Source of the DNA: Alphaproteobacteria bacterium
GTDB taxonomy: Bacteria; Pseudomonadota; Alphaproteobacteria; GCA-2731375
Direction: 5' to 3'
Length of the DNA stretch: 64,000 bases
NCBI GenBank assembly: GCA_965225945.1
Contig: CBDDBZ010000035.1
Location: 1-64,000, forward strand
The notes under the pieces were generated by a model. That model was not told the origin of the DNA. It searched no databases and saw nothing but the letters and a program-made list of their open reading frames with translations. The translations under genes and the position numbers were made by a program. This document shows, piece after piece, positions 45,716-56,614 of this stretch; positions within the stretch are counted from its first letter, which is position 1; each line of letters opens with the position of its first letter.

Positions 45716-45995
45716 ACCCGGCGCACGATGGCGGCCTCTTCATCGTTGATCGTGCGTTCGCCCCAGACGGGCTCGTCGGCGCCGTCGGTGATCTTCGCCA
45801 CGTCGTAGCGGTAACACAGGCCGCCCCCGGAGTGGCCCTTCTCGACCCGGCCGCGCAGGCCGCGCCGGGTCTTGGCCGCCAGGTCCTTCAGGAACAGCGC
45901 GTTCATGGTGCCCTTGAGGCCGGCATGGAGTTCGGTGATCTTACCCTCGGCCAAGGTCCAGATTGGCACCCCGGCGAAGCGCAGGTGCTTGCCGA
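45716..45995 (-). pseudogene. Large serine recombinase internal fragment
   Basis: GLKGTMNALFLKDLAAKTRRGLRGRV...GG..Y.Y...INDEEAAIVRR. Confidence 0.8.
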
Positions 45996-46297
45996 CTACG
46001 CGGAGGACCGTCTTGGCGCGGCTTGCCGCCGTCACCGTCCCTAGTTTACCCGCTGTTTCCCGCCCGGGCCAGCGATCCGTGTGAAACCGGGCCGTGGCGG
46101 CGCTACCGGGTATTCGGTCGGGTCGTCGGAACATTCGATCCGGGGGATTCTCCAAGCTCTGATTCTGCGCGTTCCGCGGCGTCAAAAAGGAGTTTGACGC
46201 AATCGGATGAACTGGTCATTATCACTGGGATTCAAGGGTGCCGGACAACGTCCGGGCCTTCAGGTTGAAGTCGTGAATTAAACAGGGAGCGTCTACC

Positions 46298-47318
46298 ATG
46301 AGACCTTTAGAATGTATTAACTGCGACCCTTGTGGTCGCTTCTTTTACCGTCGCGGCGTCGGCGTCGGCGGGAACGCTTGAAGACGTCAAGGCCCGCGGC
46401 GTGTTGCGCTGCGTCGTCAGCACCGGCATCGCCGGCTTCGCCTACCCGGACGCAAACGGTGTCTGGAAAGGCTTCGACATCGATTTCTGCCGTGCGACTG
46501 CCGCGGCGGTCCTGGGGGATGCGAGCAAGATCAAGGCGGTCACCTCGACCGGCAAGACCCGGTTCACCCTGCTTAACTCGGGTGAGGGCGACGTGCTGTG
46601 GCGGAACACCACCGTCACCTTCTCGCGCGATGTCGGCGTGAAGCTTCGGTTCCACGGCATCAACTACTATGACGGCCAGGGCTTCATGGTGAGCAAGGAG
46701 CTTGGCGTGAGCAGCGCCAAGGAACTCGACGGCGCCTCGGTCTGCATCCAGACCGGCACGACGACCGAGCTCAACCTGGCCGATTACTTCCACGCCAATG
46801 GCATGAAGTACGAGGCCGTGACCATCGAGACCAACGACGAGGCCCGGCAGAACTACACTGCTGGGCGGTGCGACGTCTACACCACCGACGCCTCGGGCCT
46901 GGCCTCGACCCGGTCGACGTTCACGGATCCGGAGAATCACATCATCCTGCCCGAGATCATCTCGAAGGAGCCCCTCGGTCCGGCCACCCGTCACGGTGAC
47001 GACCAGTGGTCCGACATCATAACCTGGGTCCTCAACGCGACGGTCACGGCCGAGGAAAAGGGCGTCACAAGTGCCAACATCGACTCGATGAAAAAATCCA
47101 AGGATCCCGAGATTCTGCGCCTCTTGGGCGTGGAGGGCAGCCAGGGTAAAGAGTTGGGCCTCAGCACGGACTGGGCGTACAACATCATCAAGTCGGTCGG
47201 CAACTACGGTGAGATCTTTGAGCGCAATATTGGCGTGAAAACGCCCATCGGTCTCGAGCGCGGCCTCAACGCCCTGTGGATAAACGGCGGACTTCAGTAC
47301 TCGCCGCCGTTCCGTTAA
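46298..47318 (+). CDS. aapJ: General L-amino acid ABC transporter substrate-binding protein
   Basis: GFDIDFCRA, YYDGQGF and ISKEPLGP motifs. The RBS-linked ATG at 46298 is out of frame with the ORF from 46332 (indel in the signal peptide). Confidence 0.92.
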
Positions 47319-47346
47319 TACAAAGGCGCATCGTCGATCAATTTAG

Positions 47347-47386
47347 AAGCGTGCCGGCGCCCTCTCGGGTTCCGGAACGCTTTTTA
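47347..47386 (+). terminator. Imperfect hairpin plus T-run after aapJ
   Basis: AGCGTGCCGG...CCGGAACGCT-TTTT. Confidence 0.5.
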
Positions 47387-47463
47387 TCCCTTGTCTCTTG
47401 CATTTCCATGTACGTTCTTATTAGCTTACCTGCTTGGATAGGGAACCCATAAAAACGAACGTC

Positions 47464-48663
47464 ATGGCTGCAATTTCCAAGACAGGTCCCGACACACGCA
47501 ACTCGATCGCGCGCCTTTGGCGCGATAAGGAAACCCGGTCCGTCATCATCCAAATCGTGACGCTGGTGGTGATACTCACCGCCGTCGCGCTCATCCTCCG
47601 CAACGTCGTAATCAACCTCGAAGCGGTCGGAAAAGTGTTTAGTTTCGACTTCTTTCTTTACCCTGCCGGTTACGACATTACGTTTTCGCCGTTTATCGAC
47701 TACAGCTCGAGGTCCACACATCTGCAGGCCGCCGTCGTAGGCCTTCTCAACACCCTGCTGGTCGCCGCGTGCGGCATCGTTCTGGCGACGGTCATGGGCT
47801 TCACCATGGGGATCCTGCGGCTCTCCAAGAACTGGCTGGTCAACCGTCTCGTTTATTGCTTCCTGGAATTCACGCGCAACGTTCCGGTCCTCCTGCACAT
47901 CCTGTTCATCCACGGGCTCGTCGTCACCCTCTTGCCGGTGCCCAAGAAGGCGGTGGTTTTCGCTGATTCCTTCTTTCTCACGAACCGGGGATTCTTCATT
48001 CCCCAGCCCGTTTGGGAACCGGGGGCCGGGATCGTCGCGGCGGCATTCGTGATCTCGATCGTTTTCGTTGTCTTCTTCATACGTTGGGCGAAAAAGATCC
48101 AGGACGAGATGGGCCGGATTTACCCCGTTTTCTGGGTATCGACGGGAGCGATCGTGGGGGTGACGGCGCTCGCTTTCCTTGGCGCGGGCATGCCGCTTTC
48201 CTGGGCTGTTCCCGAGCTTAAGGGGTTCAATTTCAAGGGCGGGGTGTCGATCAAACCCGAGTTCATCGCGCTGTGGCTGGCGCTTTCCTATTACACATCC
48301 TGCTTTATCGCGGAGATCGTGCGCGCCGGCATCATGGCGGTCAGCCACGGGCAGACCGAGGCCGCTCATGCGCTTGGGCTCCGTCCCAACAGGACGTTGC
48401 AGCTCGTCATTATCCCGCAAGCCCTTCGCGTGATCGTGCCGCCGCTCACGAGCCAGTACCTGAATATCACCAAGAATTCCTCTCTGGCGATCGCCATCGG
48501 CTACATGGACATCGTCGCGACGATCGGCGGTATCACCCTGATGCAAACCGGCAAGGAAATGGAGACGATGATCGTCGTTCTCCTGATCTATCTGACCATC
48601 TCATTGCTGATCTCGGCACTCATGAACTGGTACAACAAGAAGATGGCGCTGGTGGAGAGATGA
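47464..48663 (+). CDS. aapQ: Amino acid ABC transporter permease
   Basis: Multiple TM segments. IAEIVRAGI...GQTEAA (EAA loop) and KNSSLA. Confidence 0.93.
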   Translation: MAAISKTGPDTRNSIARLWRDKETRSVIIQIVTLVVILTAVALILRNVVINLEAVGKVFSFDFFLYPAGYDITFSPFIDYSSRSTHLQAAVVGLLNTLLVAACGIVLATVMGFTMGILRLSKNWLVNRLVYCFLEFTRNVPVLLHILFIHGLVVTLLPVPKKAVVFADSFFLTNRGFFIPQPVWEPGAGIVAAAFVISIVFVVFFIRWAKKIQDEMGRIYPVFWVSTGAIVGVTALAFLGAGMPLSWAVPELKGFNFKGGVSIKPEFIALWLALSYYTSCFIAEIVRAGIMAVSHGQTEAAHALGLRPNRTLQLVIIPQALRVIVPPLTSQYLNITKNSSLAIAIGYMDIVATIGGITLMQTGKEMETMIVVLLIYLTISLLISALMNWYNKKMALVER

Positions 48664-48666
48664 GCC

Positions 48667-49788
48667 ATGGCTGACGCCGCGCAAACCTACGAAGCCGGCA
48701 AGCATCCGGAGCTGCCGCCGCCGCGCAGCGAAGTCGGTGTCCTCGGATGGGTCAGACACAATCTGTTTTCCTCGCCGTTGAACACGGTGATGACCCTCCT
48801 GGCCATTTGGTTCCTGTGGTGGCTGATACCGCCGCTGTTCGATTGGATCGTGCTGGACGCGATCTGGACGGCGGACTCGCGCAAGGAATGCTGGGACAAG
48901 ATGGAGGTGCCGGAGGGCGCCGCCTGCTGGGCCTTCATCAAAAATCGGCTGCAGCTTTTCATTTACGGGTTCTATCCCGAAGCCTCGCGCTGGCGCGTGA
49001 ACCTATCGTTCGTGCTCCTGGTAATGGCGATCGTGCCGGTGCTTTACGACAAGATGCCGGGCCGGAAATTCGGGCTCTTGTACGCGGTGGCGTTCCCGTT
49101 CGTCGCCGGCTGGCTCCTGGTCGGCGGCTTGGGCTTGACCCCCGTCGACACCGACCAGTTCGGCGGCATCATGCTGACGCTGATCATCGGCGTCACCGGC
49201 ATTTCGTTCTCGCTTCCCATCGGTGTTCTCCTCGCCCTCGGACGCCGGTCGAACATGCCGGTCCTGAGAATGCTGTGCGTCATGTTCATCGAGTCTATGC
49301 GCGGGGTGCCCCTGATCGCCCTGCTGTTCATCGCTTCATCGATGCTCAACTTCTTCCTGCCGCCGGGCACGGTCTTCGACCTGCTGCTGCGGGTGCTGAT
49401 CATGGTGACGCTGTTTTCGGCGGCTTACATTGCCGAGGTCGTTCGTGGCGGGTTGCAAGCGATCCCCAGGGGCCAGTCCGAGGCCGCCGATTCGCTTGGC
49501 CTGACCTTCGTGAAGTCTCAAATGCTGATCATCCTACCGCAGGCGCTTAAGATCTCGATTCCTGGCATCGTCAACACATTTATCGGGCTGTTCAAGGACA
49601 CCACTCTGGTTCTGATCATCGGGATGCTCGATCCGCTGGGCATCGGGCGGGCGTCGTTGGCGGACGCCGTCTGGGCGGGATTGTCGCGTGAGGTCTACCT
49701 CTTTATCGCCCTGTTCTTCTTCGTCTGCTGCTTCAGCATGTCGAGATACTCACTGTACCTGGAGCGAAAGCTCCATACCGGCCACTAG
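48667..49788 (+). CDS. aapM: Amino acid ABC transporter permease
   Basis: [24 protein letters not shown] and FKDTTL motifs. Confidence 0.93.
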   Translation: MADAAQTYEAGKHPELPPPRSEVGVLGWVRHNLFSSPLNTVMTLLAIWFLWWLIPPLFDWIVLDAIWTADSRKECWDKMEVPEGAACWAFIKNRLQLFIYGFYPEASRWRVNLSFVLLVMAIVPVLYDKMPGRKFGLLYAVAFPFVAGWLLVGGLGLTPVDTDQFGGIMLTLIIGVTGISFSLPIGVLLALGRRSNMPVLRMLCVMFIESMRGVPLIALLFIASSMLNFFLPPGTVFDLLLRVLIMVTLFSAAYIAEVVRGGLQAIPRGQSEAADSLGLTFVKSQMLIILPQALKISIPGIVNTFIGLFKDTTLVLIIGMLDPLGIGRASLADAVWAGLSREVYLFIALFFFVCCFSMSRYSLYLERKLHTGH

Positions 49789-49829
49789 CGTCGCCAGGGC
49801 CGGTCGAAAAGGAAAACCAGGAGGTCAGC

Positions 49830-50627
49830 ATGAGCGAAGGCATCGCGGAAGACGAAATCCGCCACCCGACGAAGGAGCTGACCGTCGGCGAAGAGATCGC
49901 GATCGAAATGGTCGCTGTCCACAAGTGGTACGGCCAGTTCCACGTGCTCAAGGACATCAACCTGACGGTCCATAAGGGCGAGCGCATCGTCGTCTGCGGA
50001 CCGTCGGGATCCGGCAAATCCACCCTGATCCGCTGCATCAACCGGCTCGAGGAGCATCAGAAGGGAAAAATCGTCGTCGACGGCAACGAGTTGACCGGCG
50101 ACCTGAAGAACATCGAGCTCGTCCGCCGAGAGGTCGGCATGGTGTTCCAGCAGTTCAACCTGTTTCCCAACCTCACCGTCCTGGAAAACTGCTCGTTGGC
50201 GCCGATCTGGGTGCGCAATATGCGCAAGGCCGAGGCCGAGGAACTCGCCATGGAATACCTGGAGCGGGTCAAGATACCCGAACAGGCGCTCAAGTTTCCG
50301 GGCCAGCTTTCCGGCGGTCAGCAGCAGCGCGTGGCGATCGCGCGGTCGTTGTGCATGAACCCCAGGATCATGCTGTTCGACGAGCCGACCTCGGCGCTCG
50401 ACCCCGAGATGATCAAGGAGGTGCTCGACGTGATGGTCGGGCTCGCGGAATCCGGCATGACCATGATCTGCGTGACCCACGAAATGGGTTTTGCAACGGC
50501 GGTCGCCAACCGCGTCATTTTCATGGACTTCGGCGAGATCATCGAAGAGAACGAGCCGCACGAGTTCTTCAACAACCCGCAGCACGACCGCACCAAGCTG
50601 TTTCTCAGCCAGATCCTGTCCCACTAG
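49830..50627 (+). CDS. aapP: Amino acid ABC transporter ATP-binding protein
   Basis: [17 protein letters not shown] and [12 protein letters not shown] motifs. Confidence 0.95.
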   Translation: MSEGIAEDEIRHPTKELTVGEEIAIEMVAVHKWYGQFHVLKDINLTVHKGERIVVCGPSGSGKSTLIRCINRLEEHQKGKIVVDGNELTGDLKNIELVRREVGMVFQQFNLFPNLTVLENCSLAPIWVRNMRKAEAEELAMEYLERVKIPEQALKFPGQLSGGQQQRVAIARSLCMNPRIMLFDEPTSALDPEMIKEVLDVMVGLAESGMTMICVTHEMGFATAVANRVIFMDFGEIIEENEPHEFFNNPQHDRTKLFLSQILSH

Positions 50628-51048
50628 AGCATTTTCTGAGCTGACGGATTCTTTTTGGGATTCCCATGGGATCAAATTTCTGATTCAAGATGTGGGCTGG
50701 TGGAGGAGGCCAGCCTGCATGACGAAACCTCTTTCCAATGATCTTCGAGAACGGCTTGTATCGGCGGTTGACAGCGGCCTGTCGCGGCGCTCGGCGGCGC
50801 GCCGCTTCGGGGTTGCGGCCTCGACGGCGATCAAATGGGTGAATCGGTGGCGGCGGACGGGCGATGTCGGGCCTAGGCCGCAAGGCGGTGACCACCGCTC
50901 GCACCGGATCGAGGCCCATGCCGAGGAAATCCTGGCGCTGGTTGACGAGACGCCGGACATCACCTTGGGCGAGATCGCGGCACACCTGGACGCGGGGCAT
51001 GGCTTGACGGTGGCCCAAAGCACGGTCTGGCGGCTGCTCGACCGGCAC
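50626..51048 (+). pseudogene. IS630-family 5' fragment (ORF from 50719)
   Basis: MTKPLSNDLRERLV...SRRSAARRFGV HTH. Begins at the TA of the aapP stop. Cut by an IS21 end. Confidence 0.85.
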
Positions 51049-51446
51049 TGTCAATTGCGACTGAAAATTTCCCACTTTTGTCGATCGAAAATTTCTCACT
51101 TTGAGCGTGCGGCCGTACCCCCAGACGCGGTGTTTGGGGTGTCGGACTCGGTCGAGCTGCGGGTAACCGGGTTGGCGCAGCGACCGCCAAGAGTCTGGCG
51201 GCGACAACCCGGTTATCCACAGCGGGCGGGTGTCACCGCTCCTGTCTCCGTTTGAGCCGGCGATCACGCGGCGGCTCTTTTCCTGCGTCGATCCGAGCCG
51301 GACTGCAGCAGGTTCTGATGATCCTTCATCCGGTAGCTGTTGCCCCGGATGTTGACGATGTGGCAGTGGTGCACAAGACGGTCGATGAGAGCCGCCGCCA
51401 TCACCTCGTCGCCGAGCACGCCACCCCAGTCCTCGAAACCCTTGTT
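51049..51446 (-). pseudogene. istB: IS21 right end with istB 3' fragment
   Basis: TGTCAATTGCGACTGAAAATTTCCCACT end. DEVMAAALIDRLVHHCHIVNIRGNSYR. Confidence 0.85.
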
Positions 51447-51447
51447 C

Positions 51448-52552
51448 CTTGCCTATCCGGTTAACGCCCATGACCGCTACATGTAGGGTGCCGCCACTCT
51501 CCCGAGTAAAGCTCGGCATAGGTTGGAGCAGAGGTGTCGCCCGCGATGCCGAGCAATGAGCGGAAGGCGTTGAACGGGTAGAACCGCCTGTTGAAGCGGA
51601 AGGTGAACTCGTTGAGGTAGGCTTGTAGGTGCTGGTGGCTAACGCCGTGGTGGATACCGATCAGCCACGTCTTCAGGTTGGCGAAAACCAGATGGATGAT
51701 CGGCAGGTATTGCTCGGCAACCTCTGGATCACCACACTCGGCAACAGCGAAGTGCTCATAGCCGCGCTTACCGAGGCCAGCATAGCCGCTCCAATCGTCA
51801 GTAACGATCAGCGATCCCGGCGCGACGGTGCTCTCGACGAACCCACAGAGCGACTCGGCGCTACGGTCGAGCACGACGGCGAGCCGAACGCGTCCGGCAT
51901 AGCGTCCGTCTTTCCGGTTGTCGAGCTTGGTGCCCGGCTTTCGATGACGCACCTCGATGGCACAGGAGACGAGAACCTTGTGGTGAACACCACGGCCTTC
52001 CCCACGCGGTCGCCCGCCAACCCAAGTTTCGTCCACCTCAACATGGTTCTTGGGCTGTCCACCGATTCTGTCTTGGTTGGGCCGCACCATGCCCGAGCGG
52101 AGCTTGTGGAGAATTTGAAAGGCCGTCTCGTAGCGCGAAAGACCAAGTTGCCGCTGAAACTGCACGGCGGACATGCCGGGCGTCTGACTGGCGACCAGAT
52201 AAGCGGCCCAGAACCAGACGTTCAGCGGAGTGTGGCTACGCTCCATCACTGTTCCCACCGTCAGCCCGGTGTTCTGGCGGCACTTGCGGCAGCGCAGGAC
52301 GCCAGGGCGGTTTTCAAAGTGGAACGGCTCTCCCGCCGTGCCGCAGTGCGGGCAGGCAAAGCCGTCTCCCCAGCGGGCTTTCTCCAGGTAGGCGGCGCAG
52401 GCCGCATCATCGGGGAAAAGTCGCTGGAACTCGGGTAGCGAATGCGGGAATGGGAGATCGGCGCGGTCGAGAACATCCATGGCGCGCTCCCCTATATCCG
52501 GTTTGCGCCCATTCTAGCCCTAGTGGGTGTGGGTGTAAACCGGATAGGCAAG
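51448..52552 (-). mobile_element. IS1595-family element (transposase 51461-52480)
   Basis: IRs CTTGCCTATCCGGTT. CPHC/CRKC, VEVDE and YLNEFTFRFNRR motifs. Confidence 0.95.
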
Positions 52553-52587
52553 GAAACAAGATTGAATCCGCACCTATTCTCAAGATG

Positions 52588-53733
52588 CTAATCGCTAACC
52601 TTGGCGATCCGGCTTGCGATGCGGTTGGCGGCGGACTTAACGGGATCGCTGGCGAGATGCGCATAGCGAGCGGTGGTCTGGACCTGGGTATGACCCAAGA
52701 GCTTGCCGATCATGGGCAAACCTTCGCCGACCAGTAACCCGCCGCTAGCGAAGCTGTGTCTCAAGTCGTGAATCCGCACGTCGTCGAGGTCGGCGCGCGC
52801 CCGAATGCGTCGCCAGGGATGTTGCAGGTCGGTAAGATGACTTTCCGGTTTACGTCCCGCGATCACCCAGGGGTTGCCATCTCGCCTGTCGATGCGCTCA
52901 AGAACTGCGATCGCCGGATCGCCGAGATACACCACCTTGGCGCCCGTCTTGGTATCGGGCAGGCGCAACTCACCCGCCCCCAGATCGACATGCTGCCAGC
53001 GCAGCTTCTGTATCTCTGATAGACGGCACCCGGTCAGCATCAGCAACCGAACCGCGGCGATGGCTGAGGCCGTCTCCGTACCGTCCACCTCGATCTCTTT
53101 CAGGGCTGCGCCCAGACGTTGATACTCGATATCCGATAGAAACCGCTCGCGCTTCTCCTCCCGGAATCGCTTTACATGCCGGCACGGGTTCGAGCCGTCG
53201 GGGCGGAGATCCCACAGCTCGGCCAGATTGAACATCTTGGACAAAACCCCGAGCGTACGGTTGGCCTGATAGGGCGTGTCGCGCATATCGTGATGGAGCG
53301 CCGCGATATCGCTCCTCTGAATATCGGGCACCCGGTACCTGCCGATCCGGGGATCGATGAACAGCTTGACTGAGCGGCGGTATTCCTCGGCCGTGCTCGG
53401 CTTGCAATGGGTGGCGACATATTCCTTCAGGAACCGTTTCCCCAGCGCGATCATGGTCGGCGCGTCGGCATTGCGCCCCGCGGGATTCTTTCCCGCTCTC
53501 GCGTCGGTGATGATCTCGGCGGCGCGCACGCGGGCATAGGAGGGGGTGACGGCGCCATGGGGGCCTATGGTCATCTTTATCACCCGGCCGCGATAGCGGG
53601 TCTTGACGATATAGACCTTGCGTCCGGTGGGGTGAACGCGCACCCCGAAGCCCTTGAGGTCGTCGTCCCAGACAACGCGCTCGCGCTCTTGGCCGGCCAG
53701 TGCATCGACGGTGCGCTTGGTAATTTTGGCCAC
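52588..53733 (-). CDS. Tyrosine integrase of the island (arm-binding and catalytic domains)
   Basis: VWDDDLKGFGVRV arm domain. LTGCRLSE, HDLRHSF, LLGH and RYAH. Adjacent to the tRNA fragment. Confidence 0.95.
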   Translation of the reverse strand: MAKITKRTVDALAGQERERVVWDDDLKGFGVRVHPTGRKVYIVKTRYRGRVIKMTIGPHGAVTPSYARVRAAEIITDARAGKNPAGRNADAPTMIALGKRFLKEYVATHCKPSTAEEYRRSVKLFIDPRIGRYRVPDIQRSDIAALHHDMRDTPYQANRTLGVLSKMFNLAELWDLRPDGSNPCRHVKRFREEKRERFLSDIEYQRLGAALKEIEVDGTETASAIAAVRLLMLTGCRLSEIQKLRWQHVDLGAGELRLPDTKTGAKVVYLGDPAIAVLERIDRRDGNPWVIAGRKPESHLTDLQHPWRRIRARADLDDVRIHDLRHSFASGGLLVGEGLPMIGKLLGHTQVQTTARYAHLASDPVKSAANRIASRIAKVSD

Positions 53734-53901
53734 CGCGCTTTATCCCCTTGCAATCGGATATCAGGCACCTTATAGGTACCTAGAGAGAGCAAGTCAAGGC
53801 GCATTGAAGCGCACCCCTGCGCACTCGAAAGGTCCATAAAGCTATGGTTCATCGCACTGAAGCGCACTCCAGCGCATGTATGTCATGACAATAACTTCAA
53901 A

Positions 53902-53946
53902 CTCATAACCTGAAGGTCGTTGGTTCGAATCCAACCCCCGCAACCA
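53902..53946 (+). other. att site: 3' half of tRNA-fMet(CAT)
   Basis: CTCATAACCTGAAGGTCGTTGGTTCGAATCCAACCCCCGCAACCA (anticodon loop, T arm, CCA). The 5' half is absent. Confidence 0.9.
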
Positions 53947-53954
53947 ATCAAAAC

Positions 53955-53987
53955 AAGGGCTTGGAGGTTATTTTCCAAGCCCTTTTT
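53955..53987 (+). terminator. Intrinsic terminator downstream of the tRNA 3' end
   Basis: AAGGGCTTGGA-loop-TCCAAGCCCTT followed by a T-run. Confidence 0.85.
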
Positions 53988-54124
53988 GCCGTTTGTCCAG
54001 ACCTCCGTCAATAATCTGATCATCATGACCCTTATTGCTGGGCCTTTGCGCGCCTCGCGATGTTTCGGCACGCGCCAAATCTTCCAACGACGGTGACGGG
54101 TCAGCGTTTCCATGGGACGGAGGG

Positions 54125-54463
54125 CTAGAGATCCAAATGGACGGCGACGGCGGCGCTGGCGAGGATGGCCACGCCCTCGCCCTCGTCCTCCGGCACGTCG
54201 AGGCCCCCCTTCTCGACTGCCACCGTGACCCGGCCGTGGGGAAGCGCCGCCTTCACCTGTTCAGCCTCGACCCGCTCCGGGCGCTGGACACCGATGGTGA
54301 CGTGGACTTGCATGCCTGCCGCATCGATCCCGAGGCTCCGGAGCAGGCTGAGGGAGCTGTGACGGAGCGCGTCCTCGACGGCGCGCATCGCCGCCTTGGT
54401 GTAGTCGCCGCCGTGCAGGTTGTTGCCGGCGCCGAGCTCCAAGATGATTCGCTTCGCGGTCAC
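54125..54463 (-). CDS. Lin0512-family protein
   Basis: KRIILELGAGNNLHGGDYTKAAMRAVEDALRHSSL. Confidence 0.85.
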   Translation of the reverse strand: MTAKRIILELGAGNNLHGGDYTKAAMRAVEDALRHSSLSLLRSLGIDAAGMQVHVTIGVQRPERVEAEQVKAALPHGRVTVAVEKGGLDVPEDEGEGVAILASAAVAVHLDL

Positions 54464-54816
54464 GGGCGAACTCCTTCCTCGAAGTCGAGGCGGACGATCG
54501 CGGCGGCGTTGGCGATCACCGTGGTGTCGGTGCCGGTGGCGTTCGCGACCTCGAGCCCGCCTTCTTCGACAATTACCGTGCCCCGGCCGTGCGGCAGCAG
54601 GGCCAGGATCCGCGCTGGCTCGACCTCCTCCGGCCGGGGGACGCCGATGCGAACCTCGACCTCCATGGCGTCGGCCGAGAGGCCGAACGCGCCCGCCACC
54701 GTGAGCGAGTTGTGCCAGAGCGCGTCGCGCAGCGCCCGCGCGGCCGCCTTGCCACAATCGCCGCCCCGGATGTCGGTGCCCATGCCGAACTCCACCACCA
54801 TGCGTTTGAGTGCCAT
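54460..54816 (-). CDS. Lin0512-family protein (tandem paralogue)
   Basis: KRMVVEFGMGTDIRGGD..KAAARALRDALWHN. GTGA overlap with the next gene. Confidence 0.85.
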   Translation of the reverse strand: MALKRMVVEFGMGTDIRGGDCGKAAARALRDALWHNSLTVAGAFGLSADAMEVEVRIGVPRPEEVEPARILALLPHGRGTVIVEEGGLEVANATGTDTTVIANAAAIVRLDFEEGVRP

Positions 54817-54933
54817 CCGCGCGTCTCCTCCTCCTCGCCGTCTGTTGGGGCCGATGCTACACCGGTTTCGCCGCCCCCGCGCATCCTCTACGATCGCCAC
54901 CATCGACGAGACGTTATGCGCGGGAGGGGACCG

Positions 54934-55968
54934 ATGGCGGCGGAATCGACGAACAGGGACTGGCTGGACCAGGTGGTCGAGGAGACGCTCGAGCCGGCGC
55001 TACGAATCATCGATCCGCACCACCATCTCTGGGAGTTCCGCCCCGACCGGGTGGCACACCGCTATCTCTTGGACGAGCTGCTGGAGGACATCAATTGCGG
55101 CCATAACGTGGTCGCCACGGTCTTTATCGAATGCGGCGCCATGTACCGCCAGGACGGACCCGAAGAGCTGCGGGTCGTCGGCGAGACCGATTTCGTGAAC
55201 GGCGTCGCGGCGATGAGCGCCTCCGGCCTCTACGGCCCTGCCCGGGTCGCGGCCGGCATCGTCGGTCGCGCCGACCTCTCGGCCGGGAGCCGGGTGGGCG
55301 AGGTGCTGGACGCGCATGTGGCGGCTGGCGGCGGGCGCTTTCGTGGTATCCGCCATCAGACCACCTGGCACGAAAGCCCCGAGATCCCGAACGGCCGCAA
55401 CGATCCGCCCGAACACGTCATGCTCGATGCGACCTTCCGCGAAGGCTTCGCCGAGCTGGCGCCACGCGAGTTGAGCTTCGAGGCCTGGTGCTATCACACC
55501 CAGATCGCCGAGCTGACCGATCTCGCCCGCGCCTTTCCCGACACCACGATCATCCTGAACCACTTCGGCGGCCCCCTCGGCATCGGCCCGCACGCCGGGC
55601 GGCAAGAGGAGATCTTCCCCCAATGGCGGAAACGGGTGAGCGAACTGGCGACCTGCCCCAACGTCGTCGCCAAGCTCGGCGGCCTCAACATGGAGCTGAA
55701 CGGCTTCGCCTGGCACGAGCGCGCTTCCCCGCCCGGAGCCGAGGAATTGATGCGGGCGACGCGGGCCTATTTTGAACACGCACTCGAGGTCTTCGGTGCG
55801 AATCGCTGCCTGTTCGAATCGAATTTTCCCGTCGATATGGTGAGCTGTAGCTACAACGTGCTGTGGAATTCCTTCAAACGCCTGGTCGCCGACGCGAGCG
55901 CCGAGGAGAAGGCGCGGCTGTTCCACGACACCGCGCACCGGGTCTACCGCCTCGACGACATCGAGTGA
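54934..55968 (+). CDS. Amidohydrolase-2 family protein
   Basis: IIDPHHHLW, ILNHFGGP and FESNFPVD motifs. Confidence 0.92.
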   Translation: MAAESTNRDWLDQVVEETLEPALRIIDPHHHLWEFRPDRVAHRYLLDELLEDINCGHNVVATVFIECGAMYRQDGPEELRVVGETDFVNGVAAMSASGLYGPARVAAGIVGRADLSAGSRVGEVLDAHVAAGGGRFRGIRHQTTWHESPEIPNGRNDPPEHVMLDATFREGFAELAPRELSFEAWCYHTQIAELTDLARAFPDTTIILNHFGGPLGIGPHAGRQEEIFPQWRKRVSELATCPNVVAKLGGLNMELNGFAWHERASPPGAEELMRATRAYFEHALEVFGANRCLFESNFPVDMVSCSYNVLWNSFKRLVADASAEEKARLFHDTAHRVYRLDDIE

Positions 55969-55988
55969 CACCTAGGAGAGAACCCGAG

Positions 55989-56603
55989 ATGATTTTGGTT
56001 GGCCGTAGCGTTTCGCCCTTCGTTCGCCGCACCGTGGTCGTACTGAAGCTCCTGGGCCGCGAATACGAGGAACTCCACCTCTCCACCGCCGACGACCTGG
56101 AGGCGATCTTGGAGAAGAACCCGGTCGGCCGGGTACCGGCACTGATCCTCGACGACGGCGAGACCATCGTCGACAGCCAGGCGATCATCGAGCATCTGCT
56201 GGAGGAAGCGGGGCAGGATAACGGATTAATGCCGCCAACCGGTGCCGCGCGCCGCCGGGTTCGCAATCATTCCGCGATCGCGCTCGGCGCCATGGAGAAG
56301 GGCGTCGCCTCCTCCTACGAGCGCAACCGGCGGCCCAAGGACAAGATTTTCGAGGGCTGGGTCGAACGCGTCGACAGCCAGTCCGCCTCGGCCCTCGCCG
56401 CGCTCGAAGCGGCGGCGAGCGGTCGCGAATGGCTTGCGGGCGATGCCATGACGCTGGCCGACATCGACGCGGCGATCGCCTATCAGTACATCGAGACCTC
56501 CGCCCCCTACCAGACGGAGGGCGACCGCTATCCGGCGCTCGCCGCCCTGGTCGCCCGCATGAAGCAGATCCCCGCCTACGCCGAAAGCCGCTGGCAAGGC
56601 TGA
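55989..56603 (+). CDS. Glutathione S-transferase family protein
   Basis: SPFVRR, NPVGRVPAL, DSQAI and TLADI motifs. Confidence 0.93.
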   Translation: MILVGRSVSPFVRRTVVVLKLLGREYEELHLSTADDLEAILEKNPVGRVPALILDDGETIVDSQAIIEHLLEEAGQDNGLMPPTGAARRRVRNHSAIALGAMEKGVASSYERNRRPKDKIFEGWVERVDSQSASALAALEAAASGREWLAGDAMTLADIDAAIAYQYIETSAPYQTEGDRYPALAALVARMKQIPAYAESRWQG

Positions 56604-56614
56604 GCGGCGCCCCC

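Noticed and set aside
53880-53946. Functional tRNA-Met gene
   Set aside because: Only the anticodon loop to CCA is present and the upstream sequence cannot form the acceptor or D arms, so it is treated as an att site.
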